Position numbers and translations under genes: made by a program. Positions 12,147 through 24,782 of a stretch of DNA of 64,000 nt are shown one piece after another (position 1 is the stretch's first letter; every line of letters begins with the position of its first letter). Location: NCBI GenBank assembly GCA_002104905.1, contig MCFE01000167.1, forward strand, positions 1 to 64,000, given 5' to 3'. Source of the DNA: Basidiobolus meristosporus CBS 931.73 (lineage: Eukaryota; Fungi; Basidiobolomycota). The notes under the pieces are model-generated. The model was not told where the DNA came from, made no database searches, and saw nothing but the letters and a program-made list of their open reading frames with translations.

Positions 12147-12848
12147 TGTTGTAAGAGTTTTGAAGATATTGGAAGTGATTGGGAAAACAAGCAGATAATG
12201 CGGTTTTCACTTAATGATCTATTGAATGTAAAAGTGGTATTTGTACTTTTGCATGGTCTTGGCAAAACGTGTTGTAAAAGTTGGGAATTCCTCCTAAACA
12301 TTCACCTAACTTAGTCACTTAGATCATTTTCTATAAATCTTGGAGAATACCTACTAAATTACTTGTTGGGATTTACTTGAAATATTTTCACCAAAATATC
12401 AGGTACCCAGAACATTAAAATTCTCAAAGTTGTCCAAACAACCCCAAACTTTGCACACATATTTTTGGGACCTTCCCAAATCTTTCCTACGTGTTTATCA
12501 TGCCAAGATCATGTAACAGTACAAATACTACTCTTACATTCAATAAATCATTAAGTGAAAACCACATAATCTACTTGTTCTCCCAATCACTTCCAATATC
12601 TCCAAGACTCTTACAGCAGGACAAGCATGTAGAATACGTTTAAGAAGGTCCCAAGAAAATGTGTGCAAAGTTTGGGGCTGCTTTGACAACTTGGCAAAAT
12701 TTCATGTTCTGGGTACCCAATGTTTTGGTGAAAATATTCCAAGTAAATCCCAACAAGGAATTTGGTAGGTATTCTCTAAGTCACTTAGATCATTACCTAT
12801 AAATCTAAGTTAGGTCAATGTTTAGGTGGAATTACAATATCTTCAACG
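12147..12848 (-). mobile_element. Solo LTR of copia family 1 (inverted), interrupted by a second solo LTR
   Basis: The reverse complement matches the LTR at 33512-33860. It is flanked by the 5-bp direct repeat CTGTA (12142-46 and 12849-53). Confidence 0.85.
12270..12618 (+). mobile_element. Solo LTR of copia family 1 nested in the opposite orientation
   Basis: 349 bp, TGTTGTAAAA...CTCTTACAGCA, colinear with 33512-33860. Confidence 0.85.
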
Positions 12849-15531
12849 CTGTAGACACTATGCACAGGGGAGCACGTGATATAGGCGGCTAGACTATTCA
12901 GGAATAGCTACCGCAGTTATCAGCGGAGATAACGATAGATGTGGTGGTGAAACTAATGGGTAGCTACCAAATAGATGTCTGGCTAGTTTGGTTTCTCCAT
13001 GTGACAAATAGCACTATAATGATGCCATTGTTGTATATTAGAGCAATTAGAGCGAATGCAGATCTAAGAGCATGATTCGATGATGTGATTCCCATCAGTC
13101 AATGGAGTAATCGAACTCATTGCTAATCGCAGTAACCAAATGAAAATTTTCTTCCATCAACTCAAACATGTGTGCCCATCAGTGACTGCTACTTGGCGCA
13201 GAAATAAAATTCATGGATACCACATCTTGATTCAGGATCTTCCAATATGGCTTGATGGAAGCCACACCCAGTTTCACTGCACTGCAACTGCCTTGGCAAT
13301 CCTCAAACTCCCGCTAAGATGGATCCGACCATTCGAATGGCACGAATTGTCCAAGTCTCAAGGTTGGATCGATGGAAAGAGCGCATGCTCACCAGCGAAA
13401 GTCAGAAATTCCATTCTCGTGTAGGCCCTTACCGTAATGTATGTACTATGCCAGCAACCAATCACCAACGGCCGTACCAATATTCATTATCTCAAACAAA
13501 TGGCAGCCGTCATCCAATTTCCATCGGGGAGACATTTGCCCATTCTCCTTCCAAATTGTTACTCGACTGATCGTGTACCACAGGTCATTAATGCATACTC
13601 CATATGCGTGGTGTAATTATAGCCGTAGACAAGCCGTCTCCACTTATGCATCTCACAGAGTCAGATCGACAAATTAGTGCTGGCGCAGGGTCCTTGGCAC
13701 TTGGCTGCCGGTTTTTGGTCAGATTCCATGGAAATTAGCCTCATCATCCACCATCACCATCACCATCACCCTCAGTCACTGGTTGCACACAGCCAGGATC
13801 ATTCCATCGATCCCTACGTGCAGAGGGTTGAAATCTCATGCATACAACACACAGAGATATCCCACCAATTGGAGCTACAGCTAGCAGGATACATGCCCAT
13901 CTCAATCATTCGTCAGTCTGAAATCAACCCAGACACCACATTGATGGTTCATGGCACTAGACATAGATAGGTCTCAACACAGCGAAATGCGGTCATGATC
14001 ACGTTGGACTGACGTAGAGAGCCCAGCTAAACCCAGCGGCCATATGTACGCTCCCGTCCTTGCATGAAGCAGCGCCTGAATGCTATCAAGAATGAGATCG
14101 CACATCACCAGTAGTGTTAGAGCCCACCCAACAAGGCTACATTGGTTTGGATGCGATTGCTGCTCAGATCGCAACAGGGCGCCGACCTTTCTTTGACGCG
14201 GATTTTCATTTGTTTGCCATCTTACGCTCCATATATGTCCAGGCAATCGCTGATCATCGGGCGTTTTCAATTTGTGTCTGAATATATGCCAATCCATCAG
14301 CCGTTGCAGTGATTTAGTAGTAGCCGGCCCATCCTCACATCATGGTATCCATGATTGCCCGCCATTAATCCTCGGAGCCGCGTTTCATCCGAAGATGGTA
14401 GTCTAAGCAGGACAGATGGGACTGGACAACTGAGCATCAGCGCGGAGGCCTATTGGCTTGCTCAGGGATCATGTAGGTGCCCAAGACATATGGTGCGAGT
14501 CTCTTACTAACTAGCTGCGTTGAAGAGCCTTGCTGCGATCCATCTACTACAGCTGCCATCAACAACAACGCAACACCAAGGCTCCTCGATTAGGGCGTTG
14601 CATCTGCATTCATTCCAGACAATGGCGGATGCCAAGTCAGGTGAGGGATATTTGTATGACAATATGTGGAAGTGATCACATCCCAGGGATTTTCGCATGT
14701 TGCGACGAAGGGTATTGCATGCTTCTCTTAGGACTAGTAATGAAGGGAGTTGGGGCCACACAGGGGCAAGAAGGTTGTCTATTCCCGAGGATGGAGTTGT
14801 ACGGTGGAGCCGAGCCGAGCCTTGCCTACAGTGGGACTTCTGGGATGCTGAGTAGTCCTCAGTGTTGGCCAAGTAGACGTGCGATCATTATGCATTGTCC
14901 TCATCATACGCAGCCATCTGGGCTGTTTCAGCAACCTGCCAGCCTGAGAATCGTTTCATCATAGGATGTCATGGGATACGCTTAGAGATTGGTAGCGAGC
15001 TGGATTACCAAGCCAAACCGGATGCCTTCTTCCTGAAATCCTAAGGCTGCTTATGGCTGGCCTGATGGCTGCCAGATTCGTAATTGGCCTGCCGACCCTA
15101 TGTTGGGTGCTCATAGATGCTCATGCAAGCGGATTCCGTAAAATTAAGGTTTAGGAATCGGATTTAAATTGGCCTCCTTATTGTTTAATTGGACCGTCAT
15201 TAACTATGTAGCAATCAATGCACATTTAAGTTTTGCCACTGGCCAATCGTTCTGGAGTGAGTTGGGATCGCATCTCCTTTTTTTAGTGGTGAATGGAGAT
15301 AGCCAATACCCCAGCAGCCATTGATTGGAGTGGCCGGGAATGAATTGCCAACCAGCGACCGACTATATATATTCCTTGGCCATCGGTCGTCGGAACCCTC
15401 ACGCATCTCTGCTACCATAAACAACCACTTTAAAGCTCTCTCTGATCTTTCCACTCGATACTCGTCTATATCCATAATCAACGCCCTAAATCCCACTGCC
15501 CATTGCTTCCGTCGTCCATTTAACCCACAAC

Positions 15532-16053
15532 ATGGCCGAGTCCATACCTATTAATCAACCACAAGATACGCCTTGGGCCATCTGCTTCGTGCCAGACGCA
15601 CGAGCCCTGACGGCGCTCGGCCTACTCATACTGGCGCTATTTTATTGTATTTGGAGGCGTTTATGTCGGAGTCGGACAAAGTCTGAGGAGTATAACCCTC
15701 CATTAACCACCACAACCCAGCCCAACTACTCATCCTTCGATCACACTCGTCCCTACCCAGAGGTAACCGAAGTAGAACCCAACCACACCATCATCCCCAT
15801 CAACGTAAAGCCAATGCTGGAGAAGCGGCCCAGCACCGTCTCCTACCTATCATACGCTCCGTCGGTGTGGTCGCTTGACAACCGTATCCTCGGCCAGCTC
15901 AACCAGCTGGAGCAGGCGCAATCCTATCTGTTCAAATCCATTAACATCCTGATTGACAGCCAGGAGGAGCTTGATGATGTCGAGGAGTTCGTGGGCGCAC
16001 TAAGCTGGGGGAATGATCTCTCCGACATCTCGAAAATGCAATATGTGCACTGA
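15532..16053 (+). CDS. Hypothetical single-pass membrane protein, 173 aa
   Basis: Uninterrupted ORF with a hydrophobic helix (ALTALGLLILALFYCIW) followed by RR, a Pro/Thr-rich linker and a short coiled coil. Codon style resembles the neighbouring genes, and an AT/GT-rich 3'UTR-like tract follows. No family recognised. Confidence 0.55.
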   Translation: MAESIPINQPQDTPWAICFVPDARALTALGLLILALFYCIWRRLCRSRTKSEEYNPPLTTTTQPNYSSFDHTRPYPEVTEVEPNHTIIPINVKPMLEKRPSTVSYLSYAPSVWSLDNRILGQLNQLEQAQSYLFKSINILIDSQEELDDVEEFVGALSWGNDLSDISKMQYVH

Positions 16054-16745
16054 ATCTCCCCCCCCCCCGCCCCGAGTCTACGCCGTCGCCGGTTGTGAAT
16101 TTTGTTGTATGTTGTAGTTAAAGATATTGTATATCCTTATCTTGTCAGACGTAGTTCCTGCCATTGTATAGTAGCCGTATGTCTTTTTGTCTAGTTCATT
16201 TAATCCAGTTCTCTCGCACATTCTTCCCCCATATCCGTCTCCATACATCTTCGACCTTCCCTAACTGTAGCCAATCTATTAGTTCCCCTATGTCATCAAC
16301 AATCGTTTCGACGGTGTATCACATTTCCATTATCAATTACTCCTTCCTATGCCCCACATTAGCTAACCCCCCTAACCCCGCCCACCAATTCTTGCCCCCC
16401 TCATACTTAACCACCACACATACGAGCCGTATCGCTCTAGAGCTTCCCCGGAGACCCATCCCCATTGGCGTCAAGAGGCCCACATTCCCTCAAATCCCTT
16501 CCTGGCAATTAACCACAAGCCGGAGCAATTAGATGAGTAAAACCATGGGATTTCCAATTGACCCTGATCCGCATACAAACCGTTGTCACACTCACGTGGT
16601 GGTCCAACCCTTCCACCAGACGGGGGATCCCCGAATTCCCCGGGACTTCTCGGGATGTGGCCAGAGCAGTTTCCATGCACCATGGATCCGGATCTCTCTC
16701 ACCGGTATCCCGATGTTCCTTTAATAAAATCTCTCCTTATCCACC

Positions 16746-17873
16746 ATGAATTCAATTCCCTCGATAGAAGAGAGGGGAAATGCAGTTAAACCCCCTCCCT
16801 CACCTATCCCAACAATCCACCTGGAATGTAAGCCATGAGGATCGCATCAGGGCGTCATCCGCTCCGCTTACGAACAATGGCTGCTGCGGGTCACCAATGC
16901 CGCACGTGAGTTCCAGTGCCCGATCGAAGGCCTCATCACCACCCGGCCTGGAGAGACAATCCCCGGGATACAGCCCTCTGCAACCTACCAAGTGAAAAGG
17001 CCCTCTTATGCGCCCTCGAGTCACCAGCTGAATCTCAATCGACTCGTCAAGGGGCCTCGGGACCCTTGGTGCTTCGTACAATGGGAGATTGAGCCAGGCT
17101 GCATCTAGATTGAGCCCATTTCATACAGCCTGCCGCCAGCTGAGGGTTGCTTCAAGTTATACCTGGTTGACGGAGACAAAGTAGAGTCCCCTAACCGGTG
17201 GGGTGGGTTGATTTGGTGGCCCCTTGTATGTTTCAATTGGCAAGGACTGGTTCAACTCATCGACCACCCCCCTCACCAGCGATTCCCGGGGGATTGGGGC
17301 GCGCTTTTGTACCCTTGCGAAGGATTTTCTCAGGGGCGGTGGCCAGGATGGGCTCATTTGGACTGGCACCTGTGTTCCACCTGGGCTGACTTCCCGAGTA
17401 CACTAATCCCCCCGATACGCATGCTCCCAACCTCGAACCATTCTGCCATGCTGGCCCCTAAACCCTTCTACATGGCGATGCCAATGGTAGGGGTGCAATT
17501 CGCTCAGCCCACAGGCCTCTCCAATTCCACTGCAAGCTCGAATTCGGGGCTTGTTGGATGTGTTAATGTAGAGTAGGTGTGATTGGAACGTACCCATAGC
17601 CGAAGAAACTTCCCGAAGTGGTTGTCCATGATTACGGATCCCTGGAAACCCCAAAGACTTGTTGGCAAACATTTCGGCGCCTCGGAATTGTGGGTGCAAT
17701 TAGCTACGGGGGAACTTAGCCACCAGTCCACCCTGTACCGGAATCTTTCAATGGTGCACTTCAGATGGATGACTTGGATAATGGCGCTGCATTGCTCATG
17801 GAGCTTCCTGGAATTGATGGAAACAACAACTGACTACGGTCATTTAGTCCCCTGCTTCACAATAGTCCCTTAG
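16746..17873 (+). pseudogene. Possible decayed reading frame of unknown origin
   Basis: From CCACCATG one frame runs about 376 codons with 4 internal stops and protein-like stretches (SAYEQWLLRVTNAAREFQCPIEGLI). High GC could produce this by chance. Confidence 0.25.
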
Positions 17874-18455
17874 GCCTTTGTGATCTCAAGCTTGCTTGGG
17901 ACTAAATCCCACAGCAGTTTTACTGACAGGTGCTGTTGAGGATTTCTAAAAATCAACCAATGGGAATGAAATCAATTGCCAGCACAACAGTCTTTGTATG
18001 TTGCTGGCTCATGTTTGATGGATATGTTGTAATCACACCTCTATATGCCACCCACTTAGTCTCCTAGACCATGGTCCACAAATGTTGGAGTTTCTGGCCC
18101 AAATTCCTTGTTGGGGCCCACTTGGAATACTAGACCAAAATACCTGGTACCCAGGGCCTTAAAAATTGATAGACCATCTAAATGTCCAAAGCTTTGCATA
18201 CAAGCTTTTGGGATCTTCCTGAGCATATTGTACTTGCTTGTTCTGCCAAAACCATGTAAAGGTACAGGTATTACTCTAACTGCCAATAAATCATCAAGCA
18301 AAAACTTTTAAATACACTTGCCTACCTAGTCACTTGCAATATCTGTAAAACCATTCACCACAAGCTACAGGTGTTATGTGTAGTCACAAAGCAGAACCAG
18401 GAAAGGGCTTGGGTGTAGATCCATAAGGTGAGGCATATTCTAAGGCAAGGTCATT

Positions 18456-21400
18456 AGACTTGCTCCATTACACTGTGCCAGGGTGTGTGGTGCAATCCAT
18501 GGTTATCAAGAGTAATCAGGTACAATTCTGTAGCTACCAGTAGGCAGGATTGCTCTTGGACAACTGGCACTCTGTGGAACAATCTTGCACACTATGGCAC
18601 AATCTGACACAATGAGGTTGACCCAGATGATTGGGCCAACTTGTATGTTTGCATCACATTTGCATTTGGATACCACTATTGTGGTAGGTAAAATCTGGTA
18701 TTTGGATATGTTTCTTGAATGTAAATGGAAATAAATGTGTATCACACTATAAACTACACTGATACTTACCATTTTGGTACCATCACTCCATCTGGATGGT
18801 ATGTCAGTGACTGATTTGTCTGAAAGTATCCTGAGGCTGTAAGACCCCAATTGGCTTATTGAACAATACAAAAGCTACAAAAATTGTCATCAAATATCCC
18901 TTTTGCCCATTGAGCAAGTAAATCCATGATTTTAGTGATTGGACTAGGTGTCAAAGCTAGTATGCAACCAATCAGGAGGTGCAAGACAGACTAAATAGCT
19001 GCACTTGTATTACAAATGATGTATAGGTGTGCAGGGTGCTTGTTTATAAGTGCTCTGTCTCAAATGTGAGTCAACCCTTCATATGACTTATATCAAAAAT
19101 TTAGTGATCACTGGTTTGCAACAGCTCTATTCAGATTGCAAAAAAATATGCATTGTTTGGATCATGACAAATAACAGTGACTCATATAATTGCATCATCT
19201 TCTCCTAGGTTTTTTCTCACAGGGATAACTACTGAAGCATTTGGTAGCAAATCCCTTTCCACAAGTAATGTACTTCCTTTGTGACTATCATCATGGCTAC
19301 TTGTGTACTTGTAGTCAGTATTTTGCCTCCTAGTTGAAGAGTGCAGTGCCAGAGCTTGGTCTTGCTGAATTGCTCCAAATAGTGTTACAGAACCAGCCTG
19401 AAGTGCCACATGCTAACACATTCTTTTACTTGCCAAATACTTTTGTGGTAGTGGCACTTCTGGTGAGCCATTGTCAGTCAGTTTACCAGAAGTAACTTGC
19501 TGATGATCAAGTGTAATAGCACACTCAGGTACATCTTGATGCATTGGCATGGTCCTTAACAGAATTTGATTTGATGCTACTAGTTGATGCAACCTGACCT
19601 GCTCTAATGGACTTGTGTCTAATTGAGCTGTATGGAAAGTTCTAGTAGTTTTGCTCTGAGCTGCGCACACTGGCCCAACACATGTCAGCCCAGTGTGTGA
19701 TGCTCCTGTGAACAGTGTTGGCATCAACTGAACTGATGTACACTGGTGCACCAGCATTGCAAGGGATGGTAAGGAATCCAACAAGACATGCTGGTGAAAT
19801 CTAGATGCAGTTGCCTGCAGTCTTTATTCTTCCTCTTGAAGCTCACCTGCTTGTTCCTCAAGGTATTTGCTTACCCTATGTCTGACACTTTGGAGCTGTT
19901 GCCTTGATGAGTCCTGTGTATATAGCTCCTGGAAGCCAATTAGCTCTACTAATATATCACACAGTATATTAGTCATTTGGGGCAAAAACTCATTCAAAAT
20001 CTTCTTGGTTCCCAAAGTTGAGGCACATATGGATCCATCTGGTCTGTATTGTGCAAATGACATGTGAAATTGTTTGTGTGCAGCTTCTTCATAAATCCCC
20101 TCACTCTCAGCTCATTCTTGATTTCAATACTTGTCTTGTTATATATCTTCCTACATATATCTACTGGCATCTTGACCTAGAACTCATACCACACCTTTCT
20201 ACTCAAGTCTTCCATCTCTGTCAACTCTCCAAGGTATCCAGTTCTGCTAGATTAATGAGTAGTGCCTAAATATCTGTATGGAGGCTTATCATAGACACTT
20301 GGGTCATACTGAAATCACTTGGCAAGAACTCAAACAGATCCAACATTATCTTCTCTGGTTTGGACTGTGCTAGTGAGCTGAGGGATGACTTTTGTCTGGT
20401 TTGCACTGAAGACAAGTTGATACTTAGTATGAGGACCAAAGTGATAGACTGGAATACTTATACAGCAGTATTTTGACATCAACATGGTCAATTATGAAAT
20501 AGACTTGTTCCATTGGATAGTGCCACATTGAGCCATGAGTGCCAAACAGTGCCATTGCATGCCAGAGAGGCATAGCAGACCTAAACTTGGCCACAGAGTG
20601 TGAAGCATAGCTATCCAGCTTCATACAAAGCAGCCCCTGTATTTCACCCATTGTGCTGAAGAAAATCCACTTTTTGACCTTTTTTTTTTGAATCAATGTT
20701 GTGCAAGATGTGTAAGAGCTCAGAAGGACTTAAAACATGCATCTGGTACTCAATACCCATGGCACTCTGAATCTAGCTCCTGTAGCTTGCATCAAGTCAC
20801 AAAAATGCATGGCACTATCTTGGTCTACTGGTACTATCAGGCACTGTATTCAAATATTAGCCCTAAAGTAAGACCTATACAAAGCACTTATAGCACCAGA
20901 TAGTACCAGTGGACCAAAATAGTGCCATGCATCTTGTGACATGATGCAAGCTACAGGAGCTAGATTCAAAGTGCCATGGGTATTGAATACCAGGTGCATG
21001 TCTTTAATCCTTTTGTGCTCTTACACATCATGCACAACATTGATAAAAAAAGGTCAAAAAATGAATTTTCTCCAGTAAAATGGGTGAAACACAGGGGCTG
21101 CTTTGCCTGAAGATGCAGAGCTATGTTTCATACTCTGTGGCCAAGCATAGGCTCACTTGGTCTCCCTGGCACACTATGGCATTATTTGGTACTCATGGCT
21201 CAATATGCACTATCCAACGGAACAAGTTTAATATATATAAAAACTAATGCAATTGTTGAATTTTCCATATATTATGCATGATGCATCTTGGAATACATTG
21301 ACATGGATCAGATCACATCAGTTGCAGATTTCCTATTTGATTATAGAATTGTGAGTAAATCATCAATGAAATCATCAAGTCATTGTTTGTGGATGATTTT

Positions 21401-21728
21401 TGTAGCACAACATTGGAATACAAGGCAATTGATGAAGATTTAATCACAATGCATGGAAAATCTGAAAAATTAAACTGATTGCACCAGATTGACTCAAACC
21501 TCATCTAGTCAATCACCTACAAAATCTAATGTGACTTACTCATTCAATAGCTTCTCTGCCATAATAAGAGCTATTGCCCCACAAGGTTTCATCCCACCAT
21601 TCATGGCAACAAAAGTCCTAGAAGCTTTCATTCACAGCTGACAGCAATGGAGAACCACCTTGCAGAGGGTGTGAATGCTTTAGAACAAGCATGGAATACT
21701 ACGTTCAGAAGGTGCAATAGACTTCCAC
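18456..21728. mobile_element. PIF/Harbinger copy A (older, right end truncated), carrying a MITE insertion
   Basis: ATT|AGACTTGCTCC left terminus. Colinear with copy B across ORF1 (19182-20420, minus) and the transposase N-terminus (about 21520-21728). Confidence 0.8.
20501..21229. mobile_element. Fold-back MITE of the Harbinger family (arms about 345 bp, short spacer)
   Basis: The two arms are reverse complements with termini AGACTTGTTCC / GGAACAAGTTT and an AAT TSD. The empty site is visible in copy B near 26070. Confidence 0.9.
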
Positions 21729-22099
21729 CCTATGAGAAGTTATTGTGATAATCCCATCAAAATGCCGTCACAGATTTAAAGTCTCATGACTAAGAGGTAT
21801 TGATCCCATCAGGACACCATGTAAAGACCATCAAAAATTATTGCAAAAACAAAACTTAGTCAATCTTTTTTGTTACAACAATACAAAAGTGGCTTTTGAT
21901 TGGTTCTCTGCCAGTTTTCCCACTTTCTAATACCAGACACTCTACCACCTCCTACTTTTCTGCACATTAATAGGCTATTGCCATTTTTTCACACTCCTAC
22001 TTCCTGACTCAACTGTTTCTCTTAACTTTCATGCATACAAATTGATTTATTTCCATTGAAGCTTCAGTTGTACCTCAATTGCCAATTGTATTGACTTAT

Positions 22100-23760
22100 A
22101 AAAGACCCTATACCCTGCACTACCATTAAGCCTAGCCCTACACTCAACAAGTAACTCCGCCAAAATCCACCTCCCAATAAGCACTTCTGCTGTAATGCTC
22201 TGTTTTCATTACTTTGGCAGGAACCCTGCAGCTTTATGCCACTTTTTATTCACTGGTTTCCATATGTCCTGGTCTTCAGCAGGCACTGCAAGTTCCAGCA
22301 TCTCATCTGCCAGTCTTTACAATAAAGCCTTGCACTATATAAGTGCACTTTCATGAGCACTGCTCTTGAAGAAGTGCTGCAGCCTCTTGGTGTTCCTATT
22401 AATGTTCCAAGACTGCACTGAAGGTATTGTGATAACTCTTTGAGTTCTTGATATTGTTACTTTGTCTTTTAGTGGGATCTCTGCTCTGTCAGCAATGGAG
22501 GACATGGAGGCTGTGGTAGAGAAATTGACTTTTTCTGCACACTCATCTACATCACTCAACTGTAGCTCAACTGGCTGCACTTCCAACTCTTGCAAAAGCA
22601 GCTGTTTTCTTGTTGGTAACTCTTGTAGGCTATGTTGGGATTCAGGCTGTTCCAGGGTTATGGCATTAATTGGCAAAAGCTGCAGCTTTGATCTCATACC
22701 TCCCTGCCTCTGGCTTGTATAAACTTTTCTCCCTTTCCCTTTTCCTTTATCACTGCCAGGTCCTTCACTGCTACCTTGTTTGAGTGCTTGTTGAATTGAA
22801 CTATGTTTCTCCTTGATAAATGCGGTTGATATGCATCTGTTTTAGCCTGCTTGTCCCTTGCTGGCACACTGCAGGCAATCTGATGCTTTTTTCCCACTTG
22901 TTTTGGGCTCTCAGCCCATGCTGTGATAGACTCCTGAGGTAGCTACTGGTTTTTATCACTAACAGGCCCTTCACTGCTACTCTGACTGAGTGCTGCTTGA
23001 GTGGAACTGCACTCTTTCCACAATAAATGTTGTGTTGGTGCATCAATGTCTGCCTGCTTGTCCTTATTGGTACTCTTCCAGCTACCAGACATCACTTTGA
23101 CGCTTGTTTGGAGCTTTTGGCCTTGCTTGCACCAGGCTGTTGAGGAGCCACTGGTTTTTAGCCACTGCACCCTTGTTCTTCTGTCTTTGATAGTTTCTGC
23201 TATTCTTTAGATACTTTCTTAGCATACTAATGCGGGCCCAGAAACTGTTTGCTTGCTTGAATCCAGGATAATGCTCATGGAACAAGTCAAGCACATTCTA
23301 CTTGCCCTTAAGTTCCTAATCATCCCATGGTATGCCAGCCTTGCAGTGCTTGTGTGCTAGTCCTATAACACCCTCTTGAATATTAGCCCACTCCTCATCA
23401 TTGCACTCAAAGGGTTACAGATTTGCAATGTCTTTTAATCTTTGGGCTTTGGTATAAACACTGCAGCTTCTCCCTCTCATGTTGTGATAGTTTTTTCTGC
23501 ATGCTTTATCAATGGACACTGTTTTTATGCCTCAAAGACTTTACAGTGCTCTTTGCTGTGACATCAAGAAATGGCCCAATTCTTGGCTGTGACATTGAGC
23601 TACTTGAGTACCTTCTTTAGTGCAAAGATACTGCTTTCTCTAGCCAAGATATTGATTGTTCTACATGTATTATCCACTTGTCCTGTTTCTAGACTATTTC
23701 TCAATTTCTCTGGGCCATTACATCTATCCTATCAGCCACTGCACCTGATTGCCTCATTGA
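22100..23760 (-). pseudogene. Decayed transposon-associated ORF with a 207-bp tandem duplication and a zinc-knuckle-like end
   Basis: Protein-like segments broken by TAG/TAA/TGA (EEWANIQEGVIGLAHKHCKAGIPWDD*ELKGK*NVLDLFHEHYPGFKQANSFWARISMLRKYLKNSRNYQR); GTCSAC*RPGH near 22270; matching anchors about 207 bp apart (22762/22969). Confidence 0.5.
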
Positions 23761-24782
23761 TACATTGGTATGGGCTGACAACATACTTGCTAATATGAAT
23801 GGTGATGATGATGCTATGATGCCTACTTGCCGGTCTTCAGTTGTCCAACTGTTCTTCCGCTGTTTTCAGTGTTGGGGCTTGGTTGGGAACCAGACAACTT
23901 TGAATTATTTTTTAGTGGCATGGATATGGAAGTGAGTCAAACCAGAGAAGAAATGCTGTTACATATATGTGTGTATATGGTGCCACAACTTTACTTATAA
24001 TGCTTACTATGGCAGGTCATCCTTGAATTTTACATTCATGTAAGTGCAATAGACTTGTTCCATTGTACTGTGCCAGGGCGCATGGCACAATCCACGGTTG
24101 AAAAGAATGATTAGGCGCAATATTGTAGCTACCAGAAGGCAGGATTGTTCTTGGACAATTTTGCACTATGCAGGACAATCTCACACACTATGGCACAATC
24201 TGACAAAATGAGGTTGGCATGGATGATTGCGCCAACTTGTAATGTTTGCATCATGATACCACTATAATGGCAGGTAAAATCCGCTATTTGGATATGTTTC
24301 TCTAATGTATATGGAAATAAATGTGTATCACACTATAAACTACACCGATACTTACTATTTTGGTTACCCTCACTCCAATTGGACGGTATCTCAGTGGTTA
24401 ATTGGTCCAAAAGTATCCTGAAGCAGGCAGCCCCCAATTGGCTCATTGACTACTGAAAAAGCTACCTGATTTGCCATCATATATCCCATTCTGCCCATTG
24501 AGCAAGTAAATCCCTGATCCTAGTGATTGGACAAGGTGTCATAGCTAGCACGCAAGCAATTGTGTAGGTGCAAAATAGATCCAATAGCTGCACTGGTATC
24601 ACAGATGATGTATATATATGCAGGGTGTTTATTTATAGGGGTTCAGTCTCAAATGTGAGACAACCTTGATATTACTTAGATCAAAGAAATGATGATCACT
24701 GATTTGCAATGGCTCAATTCGGATTGCAAAAAAAAAGGGTTGTTGGGATCATTACAAATGTGAGCAATTCAAAGCAATTGCA

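Noticed and set aside
13677-13970. His-tract ORF
   Set aside because: Explained by a short CAT/CAC microsatellite; the rest of the ORF is not protein-like.
16362-16380. CTAACCC telomere-like words
   Set aside because: Only two imperfect units in a C-rich tract.
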